Positions 7,526 through 16,309 are shown, numbered from the stretch's first letter. The stretch: 20,282 bases of DNA from a bacterium (GCA_050125095.1 JASFEA010000046.1:1-20282), one strand, 5' to 3'. Program-made: numbers and translations. Notes: generated by a model from the letters alone, not told the origin.

Positions 7526-7891
7526 TCACAAACCCGGTGTATCTCCCACACCGGTGAGCTGCAATTCATGCACCTCTTCATCCATGCAAGTGTCTGTGTC
7601 GAAGTACCGACAGAGTCCTGTGATCTCGAGAACCTTCTTGAGCCTCGGCCTCATCCCCACGATGGATATGCGTCCACCCATCGACCTCAAGGTTTGTGCG
7701 TTTCCTACGAGAGTGCCCAATCCGGAGGAGTCAACGACGCTGACAGAGGTGAGGTCAAGCGTAATACGGAGCGCGCCATCGGCTATGGCCGATTGAATGG
7801 CCTCGCCGACGGCACTCGCGGTGTAAACATCTATACGGCCCGTCACTTCAATGCTGAAATTGTCGTTTTCGCGCCTGGTTCTGATTCTCAC
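7526..7891 (-). CDS. STAS-domain anti-sigma factor antagonist (SpoIIAA/RsbV-like)
   Basis: [28 protein letters not shown] with the phosphorylatable Ser motif, and [18 protein letters not shown] 9 nt before the GTG. Confidence 0.92.
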   Translation of the reverse strand: MRIRTRRENDNFSIEVTGRIDVYTASAVGEAIQSAIADGALRITLDLTSVSVVDSSGLGTLVGNAQTLRSMGGRISIVGMRPRLKKVLEITGLCRYFDTDTCMDEEVHELQLTGVGDTPGL

Positions 7892-7934
7892 GACCCATAA
7901 CTCCTTTCAGAGGCCGTACCTGATCACATAATTT

Positions 7935-7962
7935 CTATCGGCACCCTCGATTGGCGACTGAA
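7935..7962 (-). promoter_or_regulatory. Putative sigma28 promoter for STAS-csrA-flgM
   Basis: Minus strand TTCA-gtcgccaatcgagggt (16 nt)-GCCGATAG in the 81-nt intergenic gap. Confidence 0.7.
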
Positions 7963-7972
7963 TCTACTTTTT

Positions 7973-9712
7973 TCACGAACAGGTCTCGGTCGGTGCGAAG
8001 AGCTGGTCCTCCAGGACCGTGCGCGTGACCCTCATCACTTCCTCCAGCGAGGTCACTCTCGCGGCGCATTTGTCCAGGCCGTCCTCGAGCATGGTGCGGT
8101 ACCCGGTGGCGCGGGCCTGCCTCCTGAGCGTCTGCTCGTCCGCGCCGTGCACTATGGTGCGCCTCATCTCATCGTTTATTACCACCAGCTCGTAGAGACC
8201 GACTCTCCCTCTGTAGCCCGACTGGGAGCATCTCTCGCAACCGACGGCCCTCAGGGTTCTCTCCAGATGCCTGACCTCTCCCGTCTCGGGAACTGTCACG
8301 TGGCAGGCAGCCGCCTCCTCCGCGCATGCTTCGCACAGCCTGCGGACCAGCCGCTGAGCCAGTATGGCCGAGACCGAAGAGGCGACCAGGAAGGGCTCTA
8401 TGCCCATGTCTATCAGCCTGGTGATTGCCGAAATGGAGTCGTTGGTGTGCACGGTGGTGAAGACCAGGTGACCGGTTAGGGCCGCCTGAATGGCGATCTC
8501 GGAAGTCTCCACGTCGCGCGTCTCGCCCACCATTATAATGTCGGGGTCCTGCCTGAGAATGGACCTCAGGCCGGCCGCGAAAGTGAAACCGGCGGCGGGA
8601 TTGGTGTGACCCTGATTGACTCCCCTTATCTGGCTCTCAACCGGGTCCTCCAGCGTCACGATGTTCTTATCCGGCGTGTTGATGCGGCTCAAGGCCGCGT
8701 AGAGCGTCGTGGACTTGCCGCTGCCCGTGGGCCCGGTAACCAGCACTATCCCGTGCGTCAGGCCCAGAACCTGGTTGAAAGTGCCGAGGACGCCGGGATC
8801 CATCCCGAGGTCTTCGAGCGGGATGGTGGAACCGCATCTCTCGAGAAGTCTCATGACGACCTTCTCGCCGTGTATCGTGGGAAAAGTCGAAACGCGCACA
8901 TCGAAACGGCGGCCCTTGATTCTCATTGTGAACCTGCCGTCCTGCGGCATGCGACGCTCCGCGATATTGACGTTGGCGAGGATCTTGAGCCTTGAAGTGA
9001 CCGCGGCCCTCAGCATCCTCGGAATGACCATGGCGTCCTGCAGCACGCCGTCCACCCTGTATCTCACCCTCAGGCAGCTCTCCTCGGGCTCGGTGTGGAT
9101 GTCGCTCGCGCTCTTGTCGACCGCGCGCTCTATGATGAGGTTCACCAGCTTTACAACGGGCGCCTCGTGGCTGAGTTTCTCGGTCTCGCCGATGTCATCC
9201 TGGTCGGCCTCCTCCAGGCCGTCTCCTATCTGGGTGTTGAGCTCTTCCATGGCCTCGACAAGCGTCCCCGGCATGCCGTAATAGGACTCGATGGTCGTGA
9301 TTATCTCGTTCTGCCTGGCGATAACCGGTTCCACCTCGCAGCCCGTGACAAACCTTATTTCTTTTATAGCTTCCGAGTTGGTCGGGTCGGCCATGGCCAC
9401 CGTGAGCCTGTCTTCAACCCTGAGGATGGGAATGGCCAGAAGGTCGCGGGCCATGTTCTCCGAGATGAGCCCTATGACCACGGGATCGATGACGGTGGTC
9501 TCGAGGCTCATGCAGGGAATACCGAGCTGGGTGGACAGCGCCTCACCGATCTGGGTTTCGGTAGCCGCGCCCTCCTCGATGGCCAGCTCACCCAGGCGTT
9601 TCCTGACCTTTCGCTGCCTCTCAAGAAGGCCCGCGAGCACTTCCTGCGTGATTACGCCGGCCTTTACGAGGATGGAGCCGAGTTTGCTGTAATACAGGTC
9701 GTTGCTATCCAT
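7973..9712 (-). CDS. GspE/PilB-family secretion or pilus assembly ATPase with N-terminal MshEN domain
   Basis: [15 protein letters not shown], Walker [10 protein letters not shown], Asp box TLEDPVE, Walker [13 protein letters not shown], His box [11 protein letters not shown], and tetracysteine CEAC...CERC. Tandem (K/R)LG motifs at the N-terminus. Confidence 0.95.
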   Translation of the reverse strand: MDSNDLYYSKLGSILVKAGVITQEVLAGLLERQRKVRKRLGELAIEEGAATETQIGEALSTQLGIPCMSLETTVIDPVVIGLISENMARDLLAIPILRVEDRLTVAMADPTNSEAIKEIRFVTGCEVEPVIARQNEIITTIESYYGMPGTLVEAMEELNTQIGDGLEEADQDDIGETEKLSHEAPVVKLVNLIIERAVDKSASDIHTEPEESCLRVRYRVDGVLQDAMVIPRMLRAAVTSRLKILANVNIAERRMPQDGRFTMRIKGRRFDVRVSTFPTIHGEKVVMRLLERCGSTIPLEDLGMDPGVLGTFNQVLGLTHGIVLVTGPTGSGKSTTLYAALSRINTPDKNIVTLEDPVESQIRGVNQGHTNPAAGFTFAAGLRSILRQDPDIIMVGETRDVETSEIAIQAALTGHLVFTTVHTNDSISAITRLIDMGIEPFLVASSVSAILAQRLVRRLCEACAEEAAACHVTVPETGEVRHLERTLRAVGCERCSQSGYRGRVGLYELVVINDEMRRTIVHGADEQTLRRQARATGYRTMLEDGLDKCAARVTSLEEVMRVTRTVLEDQLFAPTETCS

Positions 9713-11570
9713 CTCGCTGGCATTCGCTTTCCGGAAGGAGCGTGTCCATATTGTCCTGGAAAACCGGACATGCGTAACAGCCCGCCGGACTGTGATCCCT
9801 GTCGCCGCACAGGCTGCGGTCTATGTCCTCGGCAAGGAAGCAGCGCCAGTCGGCCTGCCCGTACTCCGGGCAGGAGCGCTTTTCCTCATCGTCGTGCTCG
9901 AATTCCTCCCAGCACCTCTTGAACTCGCCCGCGTCATGCGGCAGGTTAAGCTGGCGAGCCACGGCCCTTATGAGCGTGGCCGTGTTCGCGAGGGCGTCGA
10001 AGTAGACCCCGAGGCCGTCTCTCACCGAGCCGACGTACTCATCGACGGCATCGAGGAGTTTTATGCCGCGGTCTATGAGCTCTATCGAGTCGCTCCCGCT
10101 TGTGACCGCCCCCGCGCACCCGGCGACGATGCCCGGTCCGCCCGCCGGATACGCCGCGGCGTAATTTGCTGCGGGGACCCTGGGGCTGCCGGCCGGAACC
10201 ATGACGCGATTTAAGACCTTGAGCGTCTGGGCAGCGGTCGCCCCCCGCCGCGACCCCGCACCCCTTTCCGAATTGGAGGCGTCGAGCCTCCGCGCGATCT
10301 CGGCCACGTTCTGGAAGGACCTGACCACGTGGTTGCTGTCCATGCGGTGCTCCGAGGTGTTGGAGGCTATTTCATGCGCGATGTTGCGCGCCATTTCGAA
10401 GGAATCCGATATCTTGTCTATCACCTTGCCGGCGCTGCCGACCAGCACCTCTCCCCTTTCCACCCTCTCGACGCTCTCCTTCATCTCCACCACCACGTTG
10501 GCCACGCTGGTCTGCACGGTGGTTATGAGGTCGCTTATCTCCTTGGTGGAAGAGCTCGTCCTCTCGGCCAGCCCGCGTATCTCTTCGGCCACGACGCCGA
10601 ATGCCTTACCGTGCTCACCCGACTGCGAGGCGATGATGGCGACGTTCAGGGCAAGCAGGTTGGTCTCATCGGCGATGTCCTTGATTACCTCGATGATCTT
10701 GCCGATTTCCTGCGACCACATCCCGAGCGTGCCCGCCGACTTGGCGGCCTTCTTGACGCTCGCTATGGTGGCGCGGTTCTCCTTTTCCATTTCCTCTATG
10801 ACCTTGATCGCCTCGAGCGCGACACGGTTGGCCGTATCGGTCGATGACTCGAGGTCCTTGCCGCTTCTCACCATATCCTGGAGGAAGGAGTCCAGCCGTG
10901 ACACCGAGTAGGAAGTCTCGCCGGCCGAGCTCAGAAGCTCCTTGGCGTCATGTCGGACGTCCCTCAGCACGGCCGTCATGTCCTCAAGCGAACCCGAGAT
11001 GTCGTCCAGCAGATCGGAGACCTGGCCGGATGCGCCTTCGGGTCCGGATTCGACGGCGTCGCCCGGGCCTGAACCCCATGCAGCCGCCGGCTCGGCGGGC
11101 CTGAGCGTCCTCAGCGTAACCAGCGCTCCCCTGAGACCGGTCACGCTCTCTTCGAGTTCGCCCATCTTGGCAAACACGTCCCGCCTGATCTTGACGGACA
11201 CCGACTCGGCGTCATTGACCGCGGCCACGAGCGAGTAACACGTCCTCAGCATGGCCCTGAGGGCCAGCCTCGAGGTCTCCACCTCGCGTGCGATTTCCTC
11301 ATAATCGGGCGGAAGGCCTACGTCCACGCTATCCCCTTCACGGCCGCCCGTGATTCTATCGCGCAGTTTCATAATGGGAAGCATCGCGCTGCGCGCCCAA
11401 TTCACAAACCAGGCCAGCACCAATACCGTGGCCGCCACTGCGGCGTATGTCCAGGGGTGTGGCCCGATGGTAAGAGCAAGCGTGATTGCCGCGCCCAGCG
11501 TAAGGCATAGAGCGGCCGTCAAGAGGTGGAGATTTTTCATTATGTTTGACGAAGTCACACTATCCCCCAA
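9705..11570 (-). CDS. Methyl-accepting chemotaxis protein, atypical (2 TM, no periplasmic domain, Cys-rich C-terminal tail)
   Basis: Hairpin tip [43 protein letters not shown]; two adjacent N-terminal hydrophobic helices. Start uncertain (TTG 11570, GTG 11558 or ATG 11540). Overlaps the ATPase start by 8 nt. Confidence 0.9.
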   Translation of the reverse strand: MGDSVTSSNIMKNLHLLTAALCLTLGAAITLALTIGPHPWTYAAVAATVLVLAWFVNWARSAMLPIMKLRDRITGGREGDSVDVGLPPDYEEIAREVETSRLALRAMLRTCYSLVAAVNDAESVSVKIRRDVFAKMGELEESVTGLRGALVTLRTLRPAEPAAAWGSGPGDAVESGPEGASGQVSDLLDDISGSLEDMTAVLRDVRHDAKELLSSAGETSYSVSRLDSFLQDMVRSGKDLESSTDTANRVALEAIKVIEEMEKENRATIASVKKAAKSAGTLGMWSQEIGKIIEVIKDIADETNLLALNVAIIASQSGEHGKAFGVVAEEIRGLAERTSSSTKEISDLITTVQTSVANVVVEMKESVERVERGEVLVGSAGKVIDKISDSFEMARNIAHEIASNTSEHRMDSNHVVRSFQNVAEIARRLDASNSERGAGSRRGATAAQTLKVLNRVMVPAGSPRVPAANYAAAYPAGGPGIVAGCAGAVTSGSDSIELIDRGIKLLDAVDEYVGSVRDGLGVYFDALANTATLIRAVARQLNLPHDAGEFKRCWEEFEHDDEEKRSCPEYGQADWRCFLAEDIDRSLCGDRDHSPAGCYACPVFQDNMDTLLPESECQRDG

Positions 11571-11638
11571 ATAACGAATGCTCTAAATCATCTATCGTCA
11601 GTCGGCCGGCCCGGCATTAGCGCTTCCGCCCTCGGGCT

Positions 11639-14185
11639 CTAAGACCCGACCGCCTCTGTGCCGGCGCGATTGACGTCCAGTACATATACGCTTTCGCCTT
11701 CGAGCGCAAAACGAGCGGCGCGCCTTACCGGCCCGTCGGCGGCGCCATGGCCGGCTTGTTCGGTAATCTCGAGCTTTTCGACGGGCACCTCCATCTCTCC
11801 AATCACCCTGCTCACTCCGACGCCGCATCGCTCGGGAAACTTGAGTATGGCGATTTTGGCCATGGAGTCTCCGTTCCCGCCGGCACAGCCGAAGCCGCCA
11901 CCACCCGTGCCGCCGCCCGTGCCGCCACTTTCTCCGTTGCCGCCCTCACCATTGCCGACCTTGAGAAGGCCGTGGCAGAGCCCGCGCTCGAAGAATATGC
12001 CCTCCCATGTATTCCCGAGCACCGGCACCTCGACCAGAGGCCGCATCGGCACTACCTGGCTCAATATGCTTAAGGGAACCGCGCAGAGTCCCATCGCGGT
12101 CTCGAAGAGCCCCATTTTGCAGAATGACCTGCCGCTGCCTGCCGAACCCAGGCCCACCTCAGGGGGGTACCTGTCCACCGGCTTCCTGCCGGCCGCATAG
12201 GCCCGGCCCCCGGCCCTCAGCAGCGGCTCGGGTTGTACTATGACCGCCGGCCGCCGGTCGTGAAGCTCGGTGGCCCCTGCAATAACGGGCGGCGCATGCA
12301 TGGACTCCGGAAGCGGCCTCGTTGCTATGTCGGTTTCCCCCCACACCCTCCCGACGACCATGGCGTGGCGCACGTCGCCCAGTCCGAGAATCACCAGCGA
12401 CCTGGGGGCCTCGTGGCGCTCGGCGCCGAGAAGACCGGCAAGGTCAAAGGCCTCCACCCTCCCATGCCTTATCGTCCCGGCGAATCCCCCTTCTTCTATC
12501 TCGCGCTTGAGCCTGCCCCTGTAAGGGATGATTTCCTCAACATATGTCAGGGGCAGAACGGCGGTGATGCCGCCCTCCTCGAAAACCACACCCCGGGACA
12601 CAGCCAGAGTGAGCGGCACCAGGAGCGAGAAACAGGTGCCCCTGCCGGGCCTGGTCTCGACATTGACCAAGCCCCGAAGGGACTCTATATGCACCTTTAC
12701 CTCGTCGAGCCCTACGCCTCTCCCCGAGATCTCGGTCACCTCGGCGCTGGTGCTCACCCCGGGTTCGAAAAGCAGGCTCACCAGGTCGTCCTCCGAGAAC
12801 TCATCTATGCCTTTCGCACGCGCGATCTTCTCTATTTTCTCGAAGTCGAAACCCGCGCCGTCGTCCTCTATGTCAATCCTCACATAATTGGACTCCTGTC
12901 TAGCTCTCAGCGTGATTCTGCCGCCCGCCGGCTTTCCTCGGCGAGCCCGCTCCTCTTCGGGCTCGATACCGTGGTCTACCGCGTTCCGGATAAGATGGAG
13001 TACGGGGTCGTATATCTCTTCCAGCAGCGCGCGGTCGATCCGGGTTCCCTCACCCTGGAAGGCGAGGTCGATGGTCTTGCCCTGCTTGCGCGCCAGTCTT
13101 CTTATCTCGCCCGTATAGCGTTCGAAGAGCATAGAGACGGGCACCAGCCTCGCCTCCATGATCGCCGATTCGATCTCGTTTATGCGGCGGTTCAACAGCA
13201 GCCCGAGCTTCAGAAGCTCGTCGCGCTCTTTCCTTCCCGTGATGGTAGCGGCCAGACCTCTCGCCACCTCAGCCAGCTTGAACCTCACAGAGTAGAGTTC
13301 CGAGATGGAGTTCATAACCGAGTCGAGGCGTGAAAGGTCGACCTTCACCGACATGGGCGCGGGCGCCTTCGCTTTGGGGGCCCGGCTGCCCGCCGTGCCG
13401 GCACCCTCGGGCCGGACTGCGCTGCACCGGCCATCACCGTGAGGGCTTGCGGCGCGCGCCTCAATGAGACTGCCGCCCATCTCACCTATGTAGATGTCGA
13501 AGGCCTCGCCTTCGGATTCCACGGAATAGAGCAGCGCAAGAGTCCGTTCGCCGGCCTGGCCGGGAGGAGGCGGCACGGCCAGAACCTTGCCGTACTTCTC
13601 GAGCTCGGGCAGCACCTCGCCTGCAAGTTCGGAGAAGGACTTGCCGTTCAACTTGAAGGTCATGTGCACCACCCGCTTGCCCGTCTTGAGACACTCGGCG
13701 ATTTCTTCGCTCTCCCACGGCATGAGCTCATCCAGACTGCCCGAAGGCAGCCGGCCCCTGAGGTCCTTAAGCGGGTCGGCCTCCGGCTTGTCTGGAACGG
13801 TTCCGAGGAAGCTCTCTATGCGGGCGATGACCCCCTCCGGGTCGGTCTCGACCTCTTCCCCCTTTGCCTCGCGGAGCATGAGGACGATTTCATCCAGAGC
13901 TTCTATTATGGTGTCTATGGCTGTCGGGCCGAGGGCCATGCCGCCCGAGCGCACCTCTTCGAGCACGTTCTCGACAGCCCCGGCTATTCTGCCGACGTCG
14001 ACAAGCTCGAACATGCCGGCAGTGCCCTTGAGCGAATGGGCCTTCCGGAACAGGGCGTTTACGAAGGTCTCCGAGTCGGCCCGGGCAGGGTCCAGTGTGG
14101 CGAGATCACGCGAGAGTCTCTGCACGGCCTCAAGGCTCTCGGCGATGAAGTCGCTTCTCATCCGCTCCAGTTGTTCTTCCGACAT
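11639..14185 (-). CDS. cheA: Chemotaxis histidine kinase CheA with an additional C-terminal CheW-like domain
   Basis: Hpt LFRKAHSLKG; dimerisation SVKVDLSRLDSVMN; HATPase HLIRNAVDHGIE, DDGAG, LFEPGVST, SGRGVGLD; P5 VPLTLAV...IAGATELHDRRP; then a second CheW-like region. Confidence 0.94.
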   Translation of the reverse strand: MSEEQLERMRSDFIAESLEAVQRLSRDLATLDPARADSETFVNALFRKAHSLKGTAGMFELVDVGRIAGAVENVLEEVRSGGMALGPTAIDTIIEALDEIVLMLREAKGEEVETDPEGVIARIESFLGTVPDKPEADPLKDLRGRLPSGSLDELMPWESEEIAECLKTGKRVVHMTFKLNGKSFSELAGEVLPELEKYGKVLAVPPPPGQAGERTLALLYSVESEGEAFDIYIGEMGGSLIEARAASPHGDGRCSAVRPEGAGTAGSRAPKAKAPAPMSVKVDLSRLDSVMNSISELYSVRFKLAEVARGLAATITGRKERDELLKLGLLLNRRINEIESAIMEARLVPVSMLFERYTGEIRRLARKQGKTIDLAFQGEGTRIDRALLEEIYDPVLHLIRNAVDHGIEPEEERARRGKPAGGRITLRARQESNYVRIDIEDDGAGFDFEKIEKIARAKGIDEFSEDDLVSLLFEPGVSTSAEVTEISGRGVGLDEVKVHIESLRGLVNVETRPGRGTCFSLLVPLTLAVSRGVVFEEGGITAVLPLTYVEEIIPYRGRLKREIEEGGFAGTIRHGRVEAFDLAGLLGAERHEAPRSLVILGLGDVRHAMVVGRVWGETDIATRPLPESMHAPPVIAGATELHDRRPAVIVQPEPLLRAGGRAYAAGRKPVDRYPPEVGLGSAGSGRSFCKMGLFETAMGLCAVPLSILSQVVPMRPLVEVPVLGNTWEGIFFERGLCHGLLKVGNGEGGNGESGGTGGGTGGGGFGCAGGNGDSMAKIAILKFPERCGVGVSRVIGEMEVPVEKLEITEQAGHGAADGPVRRAARFALEGESVYVLDVNRAGTEAVGS
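11894..11957 (-). repeat. Low-complexity Gly-rich coding stretch with a 12-nt-period tandem duplication
   Basis: CCCGTGCCGCC at 11904-11914 and 11916-11926. Encodes GNGEGGNGESGGTGGGTGGGG inside the last CheA domain. Confidence 0.6.
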
Positions 14186-14243
14186 ATCGCGTTCCCCGGA
14201 TGCAGGGCATACCTGCCCGTCTCAAGACACTTCTCCGGTACAA

Positions 14244-14271
14244 TTATCGGCACTCGGGGAATCGTTCTTTA
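14244..14271 (-). promoter_or_regulatory. Sigma28 promoter for cheA-mcp-ATPase
   Basis: Minus strand TAAA-gaacgattccccgagt (16 nt)-GCCGATAA, perfect -35 and -10 boxes, 59 nt upstream of the cheA ATG. Confidence 0.85.
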
Positions 14272-14314
14272 AAAGGGCGGTGGGACATTGAAGCCTGTCT
14301 TTGCTCGCCCGCTC

Positions 14315-14698
14315 CTAGCCGGCGAGAGACTTCTGCGCGAGGTACTGCTCTATGACAAGCCGGTCGTAGTCGTCGATATCGGTGAAGAAACAGCCTATTT
14401 CGTAGAGCTTCTTGCCCTTGGCGACCTTCTCCGGAACCGTACGGACGACCATGCCCTCGCAGGTGATCGGATGCTTCTCGACCTTGCCGTCGCTGTCGGT
14501 AACGGGGATTACCAGCGACACCTTGAGCTTGGTCATAGGGGGAACGTGGAAAGGAAGCGCGCAGTAGAAACCGCCTGCGCTCAGGTTAATGGTTCTGGCG
14601 GTGAAGAACTGCCCCTCGTCATCCAGGCCCTGCATATCGATGGGCATGTCCAGCGCAGCCCTTCTATGCTTCCTCCGTTCCTCTTTATCTCTGGCCAT
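14315..14698 (-). CDS. Single-domain PilZ protein (predicted c-di-GMP receptor)
   Basis: ERRKHRR (RxxxR) and NLSAGG (D/NxSxxG). ATG 14698 with GAGGAGG SD is preferred over the ORF-track start at 14779. Confidence 0.92.
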   Translation of the reverse strand: MARDKEERRKHRRAALDMPIDMQGLDDEGQFFTARTINLSAGGFYCALPFHVPPMTKLKVSLVIPVTDSDGKVEKHPITCEGMVVRTVPEKVAKGKKLYEIGCFFTDIDDYDRLVIEQYLAQKSLAG

Positions 14699-14766
14699 CC
14701 GGTCCTCCTCTCCGTACGCAAATGCTACCAGAAGCGACGGCTCGGTGGCAAGCTCTTCCTTTACCA

Positions 14767-14794
14767 TTGACTTCGTCATATATTGGAATATGAT
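14767..14794 (+). promoter_or_regulatory. Putative sigma70 promoter for the thioredoxin-fold/TPR gene and thyX
   Basis: TTGACT-N16-TATGAT in an AT-rich divergent intergenic region. Confidence 0.6.
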
Positions 14795-14815
14795 TTAACT
14801 CAAAACCCCATGGAT

Positions 14816-15673
14816 ATGATGATGAAACTCCTGATTCTCGCGATATCGATCTCGCTCGCGCTCGGCCTGGCCTGCGGCCGGGATGAGAGGGCGGCTGAGG
14901 CGCCGCCGACCGAAATCAGATGGTACGCCTCGGTCGAGGAAGCCCGAGCCGGCGCGGAGGCAGGCGGCAATCTGGTTCTCATGAGCTTCGAGGCTTCTTG
15001 GGACCCCTGGTCGCAGCTTCTTCACGACAGCCTCTACGTCCATCCCGACGTTATCGACAGCCTCATCGCGTTCAGCTGCACCAGAGTGGACGTGGACGTG
15101 GACACCCTCGCGAGGCAGGAATTCGGTGTGAACCTCTATCCCACCATCGTCATCACGGACGCCTATGGCAGCGAGCTCGGGCGCATCATTGGCTATCAGG
15201 CTCCCCCCGTCTTTCTCGATGCCCTCTCTCCCATCAAGAACCGGCTGGACAGGGTGTCGGGCATGTTCGCGGTCGAGGGTATGCGCCGGAACGACGCCGA
15301 GTTCCTGCTGACCTTCGGGAACATCCTGTTCGAGATGGGAGTCTACGACGCCGCCCTGATGAGATACGAATGGGCCGGAGAGATGGACCCGGACAACGCG
15401 AGCGGCATTCGCGAGGAGTCGATGTTCGCCATGGGCGAGTGCTACATGCTTTCGGGACGCGACAGGAGCGCGGCGCGGACATTCAGGTCCTTCGCCTCGA
15501 ACTTCCCCGAGAGCGAGCGCACGGAGGAGGCGCTTCTCCTTGCCGCACTCTGCTACGAGCGCGGCGGGTACAGCCGCGCCGCAAGGGACGTGCTCCGCAG
15601 CTACAGGAGCTTATTCGAGGAAGGACGCTTCTCTGAATATGTCGAGGACAGGCTGGAAGAAGGAGACCGGTAG
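14816..15673 (+). CDS. Exported (possible lipoprotein) thioredoxin-fold protein with C-terminal TPR repeats
   Basis: Signal peptide MMMKLLILAISISLALGLA-C; thioredoxin-like VLMSFEASWDPWS...FGVNLYPTIVI...GRIIGY; TPR-like helices (ESMFAMGECY, EALLLAALCY). Start is one of ATG 14810/14816/14819/14822. Confidence 0.8.
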   Translation: MMMKLLILAISISLALGLACGRDERAAEAPPTEIRWYASVEEARAGAEAGGNLVLMSFEASWDPWSQLLHDSLYVHPDVIDSLIAFSCTRVDVDVDTLARQEFGVNLYPTIVITDAYGSELGRIIGYQAPPVFLDALSPIKNRLDRVSGMFAVEGMRRNDAEFLLTFGNILFEMGVYDAALMRYEWAGEMDPDNASGIREESMFAMGECYMLSGRDRSAARTFRSFASNFPESERTEEALLLAALCYERGGYSRAARDVLRSYRSLFEEGRFSEYVEDRLEEGDR

Positions 15674-15677
15674 AACC

Positions 15678-16298
15678 TTGGAAATCGAGATGCTGACTAT
15701 CACACCCGATTGCGAGAAGGTCATAGAGCGGGCCGGGCGCACCTGCTACATGTCGCTGGACAAGGCCGGCGGGGAGTCGACCGACCGTTTTGTCCGTATG
15801 CTTGTCACTCGCGGTCATCACTCTGTCCTGGAGCACGCTTCGGCGACCTTTGCAATCAGCGGCGTATCGCGCGCGTGCACGCATCAGCTGGTCAGGCACA
15901 GGCTGTGTTCTTTCTCCCAGAAGTCGCAGCGTTATGTTTCCGAGAGGGAGACGGGCTTCGTGGTGCCCGAGTCGGTGGCCGCCAGCGAGGAGGCCCTCAA
16001 AATCTTCACGGACTCCACCGCCGCCTCGCACGCGTCTTACGAGAAACTCGTAGAGCTGGGTATACCCAAGGAGGACGCGCGGTTCATCATCCCGGGCGCC
16101 GTGCACACCGACATCGTCCTCACCGCCAACCTGCGGGAACTCCGCCACGTCATAGAGCTCAGGGGCTCGAGGCACGCCCAGTGGGAAATAAGGGAGCTCG
16201 CCGTGGCCATGCTTGGGATACTGAAGAAGGAGGCTCCCAACGTCTTCTTCGATCTTGATGCCGGCGCGGACGGCTGCGTAACAAGGACAGGGCCTTAA
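15678..16298 (+). CDS. thyX: FAD-dependent thymidylate synthase ThyX
   Basis: AGRTCY, GHHSVLEH, SRACTHQLVRHRLCSFSQKSQRY (RHRx7S motif), EDARFIIP, AQWEIR. Start TTG 15678 (or ATG 15690). Confidence 0.96.
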   Translation: MEIEMLTITPDCEKVIERAGRTCYMSLDKAGGESTDRFVRMLVTRGHHSVLEHASATFAISGVSRACTHQLVRHRLCSFSQKSQRYVSERETGFVVPESVAASEEALKIFTDSTAASHASYEKLVELGIPKEDARFIIPGAVHTDIVLTANLRELRHVIELRGSRHAQWEIRELAVAMLGILKKEAPNVFFDLDAGADGCVTRTGP

Positions 16299-16309
16299 GG
16301 CGCGCCGGG

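Noticed and set aside
7513-7581. ORF-track N-terminal extension of CsrA
   Set aside because: It overlaps the STAS gene. The canonical MLILTR start with a strong SD is at 7512. The extensions on pilZ (14779), the thioredoxin-fold gene (14783) and thyX (15540) were trimmed for similar reasons.
14271-14310. Possible intrinsic terminator after pilZ (minus strand GGGCG...CGCCC-TTTT)
   Set aside because: The stem is interrupted by a large internal loop and there are only four U residues; too weak to call.
45-14770. Many long plus-strand ORFs (e.g. 618-1394, 9095-9922, 12233-13333, 13439-14272)
   Set aside because: They are antisense shadows of well-supported minus-strand genes in GC-rich DNA and have no domain motifs.
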